The position numbers and the translations under genes are program-made. The notes below the pieces were generated by a model. That model did not search any database and was not told the origin of the DNA. It saw only the letters and a program-made list of their open reading frames with translations. From Myxococcota bacterium (GTDB lineage: Bacteria > Myxococcota > UBA727 > JAHDBA01), in contig JAHDBA010000013.1 in assembly GCA_020630615.1 (NCBI GenBank), positions 4,994 through 68,993 on the forward strand: 64,000 bases of DNA, in the 5' to 3' direction. Shown here piece after piece: positions 44,055 to 53,031 of this stretch (within the stretch, counting starts at the first letter, position 1; each line of letters starts with the position of its first letter).

Positions 44055-45483
44055 ATGCAAGAAGGCTGATGAGGCTAAACATCAAAGGTTGCCCACCACC
44101 GCTTTGTGAACATGAGAATAGACCTGAGCCTGTTAGCGCAATCGCTTCGTTGCTTTTCTGAGCGACTCGGTTCGCACTTGGTGGGCCTTGTGACCCCTGT
44201 GGGTCACTCGAACAACCGGGGAGAGAAGTGATGGGGTCACAGAAGTCATTCGGGTCACTGCCGTTTGTAGCTTCATCGCTGTCTGAGATTCCATCACCGT
44301 CGCTATCGGTGGGCGCACACCCTGGAAGAGTATCGATCGGGTCACAAAAGTCATTGGGGTCGGAACCAAGGGCAACTTCATCATCATCACTGATTCCGTC
44401 GCCATCGGAGTCCGTCAATGTACAACCCGGCAACGTCGTAATCGGGTCACAAAAATCGTTTGGATCCGACCCTAAGGCTGCCTCATCATCGTCGCTGATA
44501 CCATCACCGTCCGAGTCAATGCTCGCACAACCAGGCAAAGTTGTGATTGGGTCACAGAAGTCGTTCGGATCACTCCCATTTGCAAGTTCATCGCAATCCG
44601 TCACGCCATCACCATCGGTGTCAAGAACGGGGTTGATGCCAAGCGGGCAGTTGCCTTCTGGTGCACAGTCGCCGTTGCTATTTAATGCTGCAAGGTTCGA
44701 ATCGGTCGGTGCGCAATCATCCACATCGCACACACCGTCGTTATCTTGGTCACTACACGCTTCGAGTGCACAGTCACCTGCGCTGTTGAGGACACTGAGA
44801 TTTGGGTTTTGAAAGGCACAATCATCTTCATCACATACCCCATCTAAATCACAGTCACTGCAAGGTTCTGGAGCACATTCTCCTAAGCTATTGCGTACTC
44901 CTCGAGTTGGATCGTTGGGTGCGCAGTCATAGGGCTCGCAAATCAAGTCTCCATCTGTGTCAGAGCATGGTTCTTCGGCACACAAACCTAGAGAGTTTAG
45001 CTCCCATACCCTTGGGTTGTAAGGCGCGCAGTCGTCAAAATCGCAACGTGGGTCACCATCTTGATTGCTACAGTCCCCCACAGCACAAACACCTTGAGCA
45101 TTCAACGTTTGCAAACTTGGGTCATAATCCGCACAATCTTGAGCGTTCACAACGCCGTCATTGTCTGCATCACATGTTGGAGCCCATCTTTTTGGCGAGC
45201 ACGGATCAAGTACATCAGAACCGTTTGTATTTTCAACCAAATCACAAATGCCGTCACCGTCGGTATCGTCACAGAGATTCAGACCGAGATTGCAAATCCC
45301 AGAGTCGTCTTCCAACCAAATCGCCGGATCGGTCGGCGCACAATCGACATCGTTTAACACTCCATCATCGTCCAGATCTTGCGGCGTCGCACTTACCTTT
45401 GTGCACATCGTCGCAAGCAGTGCTCCTGTAAAAAATATAGTCGACCATCTCTTAGTGTATCGTGAAAACATAAACTCCCCCAT
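44026..45483 (-). CDS. secreted repeat protein with thrombospondin-type-3-like Ca-binding repeats and a C-terminal Cys-containing sorting tag
   Basis: Signal MFSRYTKRWSTIFFTGALLATMCTKVSA. N-terminal ~37-aa repeats DCAP.DP....LNS.G.CA.E.CSD.D.DG.CD.D. C-terminal 35-aa repeats GSDPNDFCDPITTLPGC...DSDGDGISDDDEAAL. The tail is GSGLFSCSQSGGGQPLMFSLISLLAFIRCRRKTH. Confidence 0.78.
   Translation of the reverse strand: MGEFMFSRYTKRWSTIFFTGALLATMCTKVSATPQDLDDDGVLNDVDCAPTDPAIWLEDDSGICNLGLNLCDDTDGDGICDLVENTNGSDVLDPCSPKRWAPTCDADNDGVVNAQDCADYDPSLQTLNAQGVCAVGDCSNQDGDPRCDFDDCAPYNPRVWELNSLGLCAEEPCSDTDGDLICEPYDCAPNDPTRGVRNSLGECAPEPCSDCDLDGVCDEDDCAFQNPNLSVLNSAGDCALEACSDQDNDGVCDVDDCAPTDSNLAALNSNGDCAPEGNCPLGINPVLDTDGDGVTDCDELANGSDPNDFCDPITTLPGCASIDSDGDGISDDDEAALGSDPNDFCDPITTLPGCTLTDSDGDGISDDDEVALGSDPNDFCDPIDTLPGCAPTDSDGDGISDSDEATNGSDPNDFCDPITSLPGCSSDPQGSQGPPSANRVAQKSNEAIALTGSGLFSCSQSGGGQPLMFSLISLLAFIRCRRKTH
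44215..44600 (-). repeat. ~3.7 tandem copies of a 105-nt (35-aa) coding repeat
   Basis: gggtcaca(r)aa(r)tc(r)tt core recurs at 44234, 44339, 44444 and 44549 (exact 105-nt spacing). Confidence 0.9.
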
Positions 45484-45561
45484 ACAATAATCATTGCTTG
45501 AAAGAGCGTGTTTGAAATCGGTAAAGACGCGGATGGCTCCGCCACCGCTAACTTATTGAAA

Positions 45562-48228
45562 TTATTGGACATCGCGAACAATAGCCCTGAAATCAGGCTC
45601 TATGGATTCATCAACACTCATGCAATCCGTGATCTCCCCTAACCCAGGAATACGCTCGAAAACCAACGCAGCAACATCTGCGGCGGTCATCCACGATTCT
45701 TCCCCTAGGGCGATATCGATCGGGTCGATCACATTCATATAGCACGGATTCGGATCCATGTGCGTAAACAAGCCCTCATCTCGCCACCAATAAAAAAGAG
45801 AACGTGCACTCCACAAATACGTAAAGGGATACGCAGTCGGATTCTCTCGCCAAGCCGCAATTCGCTCAGCGTCGACACGATAATTTGCCTCGCGCCGCGC
45901 AGATACATCCAAGCCTCTATCCAGAACAGCCTGAGCACGCCCTAACAAATTCTCATTCAGTTGAAAGAGAGGGTCGCTGCGATACTCATAAAGAAGACGC
46001 ACTTGCTCTGCCCTTAAAGCCGTTATTTCAATCGCATCTCGAAATTCCTCAAGCACCCCAATCCAGCCTGCCCCAACTTCCGCTGAATGTGTCAAAGACG
46101 CCAAAACATTTTCGAGATTGGTATGCGCTTGAACAAAGCGATTTTCAGATTCAATCAAGAGTGGTCGTACACGATTCGGGTATACATCGTAGCGCGCACG
46201 CGGTTCTAGAAGTTCAAAAGGACTTAGCCGTGTTGGCTGTGTTGCTTTGAGTGGAATGCCAGGAATCGACTCTGCCAATTCAGAGATGGCATCCCATGTT
46301 TCCGTTCCTTGCAAATAGGCTTGTGCATTCTTTTCAACAACATCCCAGTTATCGCTACCCCCCACTTGCCCATGAATGAGAAGTTCATGTTGCGCATCCG
46401 CCAAATCGATAATCCAATCTGCAACAGTCGCTCCTTCAGGGAAGGGTTCAAAAAGATAGGTTACCAAGTCTCGAAAGTCTTCACGTTCCGGTTTGTCTTG
46501 CGAAGGGGCCCATGCAGCTCGGCTGCTAATGACTTCGTTAAACCAATACCCCCATTCCCAACCTGTCGTGAATAAACTTTGTCCTGTGATTTGGGTCCCT
46601 GCATGTTCACCTTCACCTATCAAGCCTGCATCTTCGTCTTCGACAATCAGTCGGATGTCATGAAAACGCCGCTCTGCATAAACGGGTAAGAAGAGCGGAA
46701 CATCAACATCAAAACTCACCCAATACGCTGCCTCCGGCCCAAAATGAACTCGACGCTTTCCTGCTTCCTCACGCATAAAATCTCGCATGTGTTGAAAACT
46801 ATCATTGCCATAGGTGGGCGCGGGGTCGTCGAGTGCATAATGTTGAACCGTGTGCGCCGATGTTCGTATGTTTTCATTGCTAAAGCGAGTAATGAAATTA
46901 AAATTGATACCCTCAGCGCCCTCCACACCCTCAACATTCTCAAGCTCTTGCTCAGCGGTAATATGTGCGGTCGATGAAAGCTCAGCGCCAAACTCTTCTT
47001 CAATAATATCGTACAGTGCATTGAGCCAATCGATTGTTGGGCCTGGGTCAGTTGCAGTAAACTCGCTTGTGCCCAGCGAGACGCCTGCAAGATCGAAGCC
47101 CGCACTCATCGCAAGACGTGTCCGAGTACGAAGCTGCTCAAGCTGGGTGTCCAGTGGAGCATTCTCGTCATCAATTAAACGCCATGCACGCTGCTGTTTT
47201 TGCACCAGGGGCAAACCACAACTCACACGGATCCCAAAAGAATGCGCAATTTCAACAATCTCCGCCAAACGCCCAAAGCGTTCTTCACTGTAATCAAAAT
47301 CGTGTTCGCCGGTTCGCTGCAAACTCCAGCCCACTTGGTTTGCACCGTTGGCAAGGAGCCAACCCAAGTAGGTTTCCCATTCTGGTAAAAGCTCTCGCCA
47401 CCCCGCTTCATTGTTGCGACTTCGTTGATCCAAGCCTTGAAGCATGTCTGTAAATTCTAAAGGATGCTTTGTATGAATGCTTACATGCCGATAGGGCCAG
47501 CGTGGACTTGTTTCAATTGCATCAACAGCTGTCCAGTCAATCGCGTGCTCCATACGGATCGCTTCGAGAGGATGAAAGAAGCGATAACCGAGTTTTTCAA
47601 GCAAACGAAATGCACCAAAGCCAAGCCCAATGTTATGGTAAGGTCTTGGGTCGTCCTTGGGCTTGCCTTCCACAAGAATATTCACGACACCATCATCGTT
47701 GAGTTCACGCGCAATTCGAAAACCTTCAGAGTGAAGCAATGTTTCATGTTCTGTAGCATCACGAAATACAATTCGCGCTCGATGAACACCATCGACATGC
47801 TCCAAGCTGAATTCCCTTTCTTCCTCAAGCGAGCGAAATACTCGAACGCGTTCACCCGCATTCTCCAAATAAGATAAAAAGGAGTTGAGTGCAGCTGGAG
47901 GTAAATCGCCAAGCACCACAACGAAGACACTCGAGTCGGCATGCTGCTCGCTATCGGTCTCGCTTAAATCCAAGATATCCGAATCATTCTGACCCCCCTC
48001 TGCGTCACGCGTCGTATTATTGTCTACCGAGTTCTCGCCGCTTGACTCAAGGGGTGGCGCATCCCCCTCGATTTGCTCGTCCCTGTCCGGAGTCTGCCCG
48101 GGCACGGATTGACCTAGAGGGTCATTTACAGTGTTCTCGGGGAAGTCGGCCCCAGAGTCGACGAACTCCTCACACGCTAAAACCAATAGACAAGCGCAAA
48201 CCCAAAAAAGAGCATTCAATTTTTTCAT
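45562..48228 (-). CDS. large secreted lipoprotein, unknown family (possible glycoside-hydrolase-like TIM-barrel protein); paralog A
   Basis: 888 aa. Lipoprotein signal MKKLNALFWVCACLLVLAC and an acidic linker. FGAFRLLEKLGYRFFHPLE and W..LLPEWETYLGWLLANGANQ recall the N-terminal/TIM-barrel junction of GH20b/GH67N/NAGLU-like enzymes. The functional call is weak. Confidence 0.8.
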   Translation of the reverse strand: MKKLNALFWVCACLLVLACEEFVDSGADFPENTVNDPLGQSVPGQTPDRDEQIEGDAPPLESSGENSVDNNTTRDAEGGQNDSDILDLSETDSEQHADSSVFVVVLGDLPPAALNSFLSYLENAGERVRVFRSLEEEREFSLEHVDGVHRARIVFRDATEHETLLHSEGFRIARELNDDGVVNILVEGKPKDDPRPYHNIGLGFGAFRLLEKLGYRFFHPLEAIRMEHAIDWTAVDAIETSPRWPYRHVSIHTKHPLEFTDMLQGLDQRSRNNEAGWRELLPEWETYLGWLLANGANQVGWSLQRTGEHDFDYSEERFGRLAEIVEIAHSFGIRVSCGLPLVQKQQRAWRLIDDENAPLDTQLEQLRTRTRLAMSAGFDLAGVSLGTSEFTATDPGPTIDWLNALYDIIEEEFGAELSSTAHITAEQELENVEGVEGAEGINFNFITRFSNENIRTSAHTVQHYALDDPAPTYGNDSFQHMRDFMREEAGKRRVHFGPEAAYWVSFDVDVPLFLPVYAERRFHDIRLIVEDEDAGLIGEGEHAGTQITGQSLFTTGWEWGYWFNEVISSRAAWAPSQDKPEREDFRDLVTYLFEPFPEGATVADWIIDLADAQHELLIHGQVGGSDNWDVVEKNAQAYLQGTETWDAISELAESIPGIPLKATQPTRLSPFELLEPRARYDVYPNRVRPLLIESENRFVQAHTNLENVLASLTHSAEVGAGWIGVLEEFRDAIEITALRAEQVRLLYEYRSDPLFQLNENLLGRAQAVLDRGLDVSARREANYRVDAERIAAWRENPTAYPFTYLWSARSLFYWWRDEGLFTHMDPNPCYMNVIDPIDIALGEESWMTAADVAALVFERIPGLGEITDCMSVDESIEPDFRAIVRDVQ

Positions 48229-48260
48229 TTGGCAAAGCTAGAGCAACAGCATGCAGCCGA

Positions 48261-48288
48261 TCAACTTTAACTTTGACGCAAGTGCGCC
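48261..48288 (-). promoter_or_regulatory. conserved upstream element of paralog A
   Basis: The plus-strand tcaactttaactttgacgcaagtgcgcc starts 33 nt from the start codon. A near-identical copy sits at the same distance from paralog B. Confidence 0.5.
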
Positions 48289-48327
48289 ATCCCACCTCAT
48301 CGCACCTGAAGATTCCCTTCTCACTCT

Positions 48328-50967
48328 CTATTCATCTCCTCGAACTAGCGTACGGAAGTTTGGTTCCGTGGACTCATCAACATCAATACAACCACTAATT
48401 TCGCCCAGCCCTGGAATACGATCGAAAACTAAAGCTGCAGCGTCTGCCGCGGTCATCCACATGTCTTCCCCAAGAGCGATATCGACGGGGTCGATGACGT
48501 TGAGATAGCATGGGTTGGGTGACATGTGAGTGAACAAGCCTTCATCGCGCCACCAATAAAAAAGCGAACGTGCGCTCCATAGGTATGTGTATGGATAAGC
48601 CGTCGGGTTAAAGCGCCAGGCCGCGATGCGTTCTGCATCAACCCGATAACTTTGTTCGCGACGCGCGGAAACATTGAGCCCCTCGTCTAAAATACTTTGA
48701 GCTTCACGAAGTAAACTTGCGTCCGCCTGAAATAAGGGGTCCGCACGATATTCATACAAGGCAAGGACTTGACGTGACCGCAAAGAGGTAATCTCAATTG
48801 CGTCGCGAAACTCATTAAGTATTTTTATCCAACCTGCGGAGGCTGAAGCGTCTTCACTGTCCAAGACCTCCGCCCGAAGCGATTCGATGTTATCCAACGA
48901 TTGACGAAAGCGATTCCGCGAACTTTCTAAAAGAGGACGTATACGATTGGGATAGGTGTTAAAGCGGACACGTGGATCGAGGAGCTCAAGTGGCCCGATA
49001 CGAGTTGGCTGCGTGGATTTCAGTGGAACTCCTGGAATCTGCTCCGCGAGTTCCGAAATATCATCCCATGTTTCCGTGCCCTGAAGGTAAGCCTGAGCAT
49101 TTTTCTCAACGACATCCCAATTGTCCACCCCATCAATCTGACCGTGAATTAAGAGTTCGTGTTGTGCAGCCGCCAAATCGATGATCCACTCTGCAATCGC
49201 ATCTCCCTCGGGAAAGGGCTCAAAAATAGAGTTAAGGAGTGCACGAAATGCCTCTGCTTCGTCCCCTTCGACTGTTGGCGACCACGCTGCCCTTGCTGCA
49301 ACGATCTCATTGAACCAATACCCCCACTCCCATCCGGTCGTAAACAAACTTTGTCCCGTAATGCGCGTACCGGCGTATTCCCCCTGACCCATAAGCCCCG
49401 CCTCTTCATCTTCGACAATGAGTCTTAAATCATGAAAGCGTCGTTCTGCGTAGAGCGGTAAGAAGAGGGGTACATCAACATCAAAGCTAACCCAATAAGC
49501 GCTTTCAGGACTGTAGTGCACCAAACGTCTTCCGGCTTCATCGCGCATAAACTGACGCATATGTTCAAAACTCTCGTTGCCATAGGTTGGTGCCGGATCG
49601 TCAAGAGAGTAATGCTGAACGGTATGCGCGGAAGCCCGAATATTACCTTCTGTAAAACGCGTGATGAAATTGAAGTTTTCGCCATTGAGCGCATCCTCCC
49701 CTTCACCCACATCCACTTCTTGCTCCGCTGTAATGTGCGCTGTTGACGACATTTCAGCCCCAAACTCAACCTCAATGACTTCAAGCATTCGGTTGAGCCA
49801 AGCAATCGTACGCTCAGGGTCGGTCGCGGTAAATTCCGTTGTTCCAAGCGCAACCCCAGCAATATCGAATCCGGCGCCCATGGCCAAACGCGCTCGCTCC
49901 GTCAGTTGTTCCATCTGTTCATCGAGGGGAGCATTCACATCATCGATCAAATGCCAGGCATGTTGTTGTTTTTGAACCAGTGGCAAGCCACACCCAACCC
50001 GGATCCCATAACTATGTGCAATGTCCACCAGGACACGCATACGATCGAATCGCTCGTCGCTGTAATCAAAATCATCGTGCCCCGTTCTCAAGGTCACCCA
50101 ACCCGTTTGATTTTGACCGTTCGCAAGCAGCCAATCCATATACTGATGCCACTCCGGCAGAAGTGCCTCCCAACCTTCTCGCTGTGTTTCACTTTGCGAA
50201 TTCAAACCTTGAAGCATATCTGTAAACTCCAGCGGGTGCATGGTGTGAACGCTCACGTGACGAAATGGCCAACGCGGGCTCGTTTCGATTTCTTGAATCC
50301 CTGACCAGTCGATAGGTTTATTCATACGAAGTGGCTCGAGTGGGTGAAGGAAGCGATATCCAACGTTTTCTAAAAGTCGATAAGCGCCAAAGGCAAGTCC
50401 GATATTATGATAGGGTCGTGGATCAATCTTTGCTTTACCTTCAACAATAATATTCTGGACTCCTAGAGCGCCAGCTTCGCTTGTGACCCGGTAACCTTCG
50501 GATGTGAGGCCTTCGTCGTCGTTGCTCGCATCACGAAAAACAATTGTCGCACGCAGTGTCTCTACAGCGTTGTCTTCGCGAAAGAATTCTTCCATTTGGA
50601 TTTCACTCTCGAAGATACGAACAACTTCCCCGGTTTTTTCCAAATACGCTACAAAGTGGGCCATGACCCCTGGGGGGAGATCCCCAAGTTTAACAATCGA
50701 AACAGTGACGTCGCCTTGAGTGTTCGCGTTATCGCTCGAGGCTCCGGTCGTACTCTCGTCTGAATTGCCTGCACCGTCAGCCGTGGTGCTGCTTGTATCA
50801 CTATTTGGATTGTCGTTACCCACCGATGCATCACCATTCGAATCCTCTTCCTCGAACGGCTCGACGTCAGTCTCTCCACTCAATTGGCCGTCGACTTTAG
50901 GGTTTTCTTCACATCCAACTAAAAATGAAAGCGATACAACAAGCGAAAATATAGACGCAAACTTCAT
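48328..50967 (-). CDS. large secreted lipoprotein, unknown family; paralog B of 45562..48228
   Basis: 879 aa from ATG 50967 (MKFASIFSLVVSLSFLVGC). Colinear with paralog A, about 70% identical in one 63-residue block counted by eye (ETSPRWP.RHVS.HT.HPLEFTDMLQGL...). The listed start 51003 would overlap the conserved upstream element. Confidence 0.8.
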   Translation of the reverse strand: MKFASIFSLVVSLSFLVGCEENPKVDGQLSGETDVEPFEEEDSNGDASVGNDNPNSDTSSTTADGAGNSDESTTGASSDNANTQGDVTVSIVKLGDLPPGVMAHFVAYLEKTGEVVRIFESEIQMEEFFREDNAVETLRATIVFRDASNDDEGLTSEGYRVTSEAGALGVQNIIVEGKAKIDPRPYHNIGLAFGAYRLLENVGYRFLHPLEPLRMNKPIDWSGIQEIETSPRWPFRHVSVHTMHPLEFTDMLQGLNSQSETQREGWEALLPEWHQYMDWLLANGQNQTGWVTLRTGHDDFDYSDERFDRMRVLVDIAHSYGIRVGCGLPLVQKQQHAWHLIDDVNAPLDEQMEQLTERARLAMGAGFDIAGVALGTTEFTATDPERTIAWLNRMLEVIEVEFGAEMSSTAHITAEQEVDVGEGEDALNGENFNFITRFTEGNIRASAHTVQHYSLDDPAPTYGNESFEHMRQFMRDEAGRRLVHYSPESAYWVSFDVDVPLFLPLYAERRFHDLRLIVEDEEAGLMGQGEYAGTRITGQSLFTTGWEWGYWFNEIVAARAAWSPTVEGDEAEAFRALLNSIFEPFPEGDAIAEWIIDLAAAQHELLIHGQIDGVDNWDVVEKNAQAYLQGTETWDDISELAEQIPGVPLKSTQPTRIGPLELLDPRVRFNTYPNRIRPLLESSRNRFRQSLDNIESLRAEVLDSEDASASAGWIKILNEFRDAIEITSLRSRQVLALYEYRADPLFQADASLLREAQSILDEGLNVSARREQSYRVDAERIAAWRFNPTAYPYTYLWSARSLFYWWRDEGLFTHMSPNPCYLNVIDPVDIALGEDMWMTAADAAALVFDRIPGLGEISGCIDVDESTEPNFRTLVRGDE

Positions 50968-50999
50968 GAACGGACGGTAAAGCAAAAGCAGTGTCTGCT

Positions 51000-51026
51000 T
51001 CAACTTTAACTATGACGCAGGCGCAC
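51000..51026 (-). promoter_or_regulatory. conserved upstream element of paralog B
   Basis: The plus-strand tcaactttaactatgacgcaggcgcac starts 33 nt from ATG 50967. Compare 48261..48288. Confidence 0.5.
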
Positions 51027-51089
51027 TGTCTTACTCTTGCCTACACGATACCCTCAGTACCCCTTTGTCGTTTTTTGCATCGTAACATT

Positions 51090-51341
51090 ATGAAGGTTGC
51101 AAACGAAAACGACATTATTCGAATGGCGTGGGACGATGATATTTCTTTCGATGCCATCAAGAGAAAATATGGCGTAACAGAATCGGGTGTTATTCGATTA
51201 ATGCGTACACGTCTAAAACGCTCAAGTTTTCGACTTTGGCGGAGACGCGTTTCGGGTCGAAGAGCGAAGCACGAGGCCAGGCTACGAGACTCAAGGTCAA
51301 CCCATAAAGGTCGCCTTCGGGAAACACTTGCAAAGCTATAG
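51090..51341 (+). CDS. small basic protein of the DUF2805 / TIGR03643-like family
   Basis: Starts at ATG 51090. IIRMAWDDDISFDAIKRKYGVTESGVIRLMRTRLKRSSFRLWRRRVSGRRAKH matches the family core as I recall it. Confidence 0.65.
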   Translation: MKVANENDIIRMAWDDDISFDAIKRKYGVTESGVIRLMRTRLKRSSFRLWRRRVSGRRAKHEARLRDSRSTHKGRLRETLAKL

Positions 51342-51398
51342 ACTCATTTCACTTGGGCTCGATATCCATGTCTGATCTTTTTGTGTCTTAATTTCGGC

Positions 51399-52901
51399 TT
51401 ACTTTCTTCGGCGAGGACCGGAACGCTTTGAGTTCTCACTTGGTCTTGAGCTTCGTGGTTTTTGTCCACTACGCCCACGCGAGCTTCGCTGCTCACCTCT
51501 TTTCTGGTTGCCTTCACCGGATCGCGATCCACTACGAGATTCGGGCCGCGAGTTCGCTCTTCTTCGCTGCGAACCCGGATTGGAATCGTCTCTCGATGAT
51601 CTTCCTTCAGACTTCTGCCGGGGCCCTTTCGAGGCTTCGCCTTTCCCTTTTCCTTTTGCGCCTCCGGAGTCTCTTTTCGATGAATGACTCGGCTTTCGCC
51701 CCCTTCCACTGCCTCGTTTGGGAGCTCTTCGTTTCTTTTTCGGTTCTCGGCGCGGGTCTTCCCGTTCATCGACAAAGGGATGGTTTTCCACACGAGGAAC
51801 TTCGTTCCCGATAAGCTTCTCAACGCCCCAAAGAAAGTGTCGCTCATCGACATCGACGAAGGATATCGCGATTCCATCGGCGCTGGCACGGCCGGTACGA
51901 CCAATACGATGAACATAGGTTTCAGGGACATTGGGAACGTTGAAATTAATGACCAATGGGAGTTCGCTGATGTCAATCCCGCGCGCTGCAACATCAGTCG
52001 CAATGAGTATGTGAAGACGCCCATCTTTGAAATCATTCAAAATCCGCTGACGTTGATTTTGCGACTTGTCACCGTGTATTGCAGACGCTCTAAAATCATT
52101 GTTTCTTAAAAACTTTGCAAGCTTGTCACATCCATACTTCGTTCGCGCAAAAATCAGAACTCGAAACTGGTGTTCTTCTTTTAACACATGAAGGAGTAGG
52201 CTGCGCTTGTCCTCTTTGTTGACCATATATGCGGCTTGCTTCACACGCTCCGCTGTTGTTTGTGTTGGCTGGATTCGGATTTCTTCCGGGTTGTTTAAAA
52301 AGCCATGCGCAAGTTCAATAATGTCTTTAGGTAACGTGGCAGAGAAAAAGAGAGATTGGCGCTTCTTCGGTAAAGCTTTAATTATGCGTTTCATCGCAGC
52401 AATAAATCCCATGTCCAACATGTGATCGGCTTCGTCGAGTACGACGTGCTCAATTTCGTTGAGCTTGACATAGCCTTGCTCCATCAGATCGATCAAGCGC
52501 CCGGGTGTTGCCACAAGGACATCAACGCCGCGCTCGAGCTGACGCGTTTGTTTATGTTGACTAACACCACCAAAAATGACTGCACTACGAATGCGTAAAT
52601 GCTTCGAATACATCTGAAAGTTTTCACAAACCTGTAACGCCAACTCACGTGTTGGCGTCACGACCAAAGCCCGCAACTTACGATGTGTTTTCTCCTTACC
52701 CTTCGCCCTTTCTATCTGTTCAAGGATCGGGATCGCAAACGCTGCTGTTTTACCTGTTCCAGTTTGGGCAGATGCGAGTAGGTCACGCCCTTCGAGTACA
52801 ACTGGGATTGCTTGTGTTTGGATTGGTGTTGGCTCTTCATATTTCGCTTCAACAAGGGCCTGTAGAATTTGCGGATTTAAGTGAAAAGATTTGAAAGTCA
52901 T
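51399..52901 (-). CDS. rhlE: DEAD-box ATP-dependent RNA helicase (RhlE-like) with an Arg/Ser/Gly/Lys-rich C-terminal tail
   Basis: Q-motif (F..L.L...L......Y..PTPIQ), AQTGTGKTAAF, PTRELA, DEADHMLDMGF, SAT, ARGID, HRIGRTGRA. The tail is ~120 aa and basic. Confidence 0.95.
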   Translation of the reverse strand: MTFKSFHLNPQILQALVEAKYEEPTPIQTQAIPVVLEGRDLLASAQTGTGKTAAFAIPILEQIERAKGKEKTHRKLRALVVTPTRELALQVCENFQMYSKHLRIRSAVIFGGVSQHKQTRQLERGVDVLVATPGRLIDLMEQGYVKLNEIEHVVLDEADHMLDMGFIAAMKRIIKALPKKRQSLFFSATLPKDIIELAHGFLNNPEEIRIQPTQTTAERVKQAAYMVNKEDKRSLLLHVLKEEHQFRVLIFARTKYGCDKLAKFLRNNDFRASAIHGDKSQNQRQRILNDFKDGRLHILIATDVAARGIDISELPLVINFNVPNVPETYVHRIGRTGRASADGIAISFVDVDERHFLWGVEKLIGNEVPRVENHPFVDEREDPRREPKKKRRAPKRGSGRGRKPSHSSKRDSGGAKGKGKGEASKGPRQKSEGRSSRDDSNPGSQRRRANSRPESRSGSRSGEGNQKRGEQRSSRGRSGQKPRSSRPSENSKRSGPRRRK

Positions 52902-53031
52902 TGGGCTGCCTCTGTATCAGGAAACCCGACACTATAGCACTAATCGAAAATAGATATCGATAAGTCGAATAATGCTTTTATTGGGTCACTTTTGAACGAG
53001 GCCGAAAACGCCTCATACCCGCTGAGCACTT

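Noticed and set aside
44215-44600. Regularly spaced 105-nt repeats as a possible CRISPR array
   Set aside because: The repeats are contiguous with no unique spacers. They are in frame and encode a 35-aa protein repeat inside a long ORF. No cas genes are present.
50968-51003. Longer start (51003) for paralog B
   Set aside because: It would place the conserved upstream element inside the CDS. ATG 50967 gives a lipoprotein signal and the same 33-nt spacing to the element as in paralog A.
51344-52036. 230-aa minus-strand ORF in an alternative frame of the DEAD-box helicase 3' region
   Set aside because: It overlaps the helicase gene in a different frame. It is kept open by the repetitive Arg/Ser/Gly/Lys-rich tail coding sequence, and the helicase frame carries all the conserved motifs.
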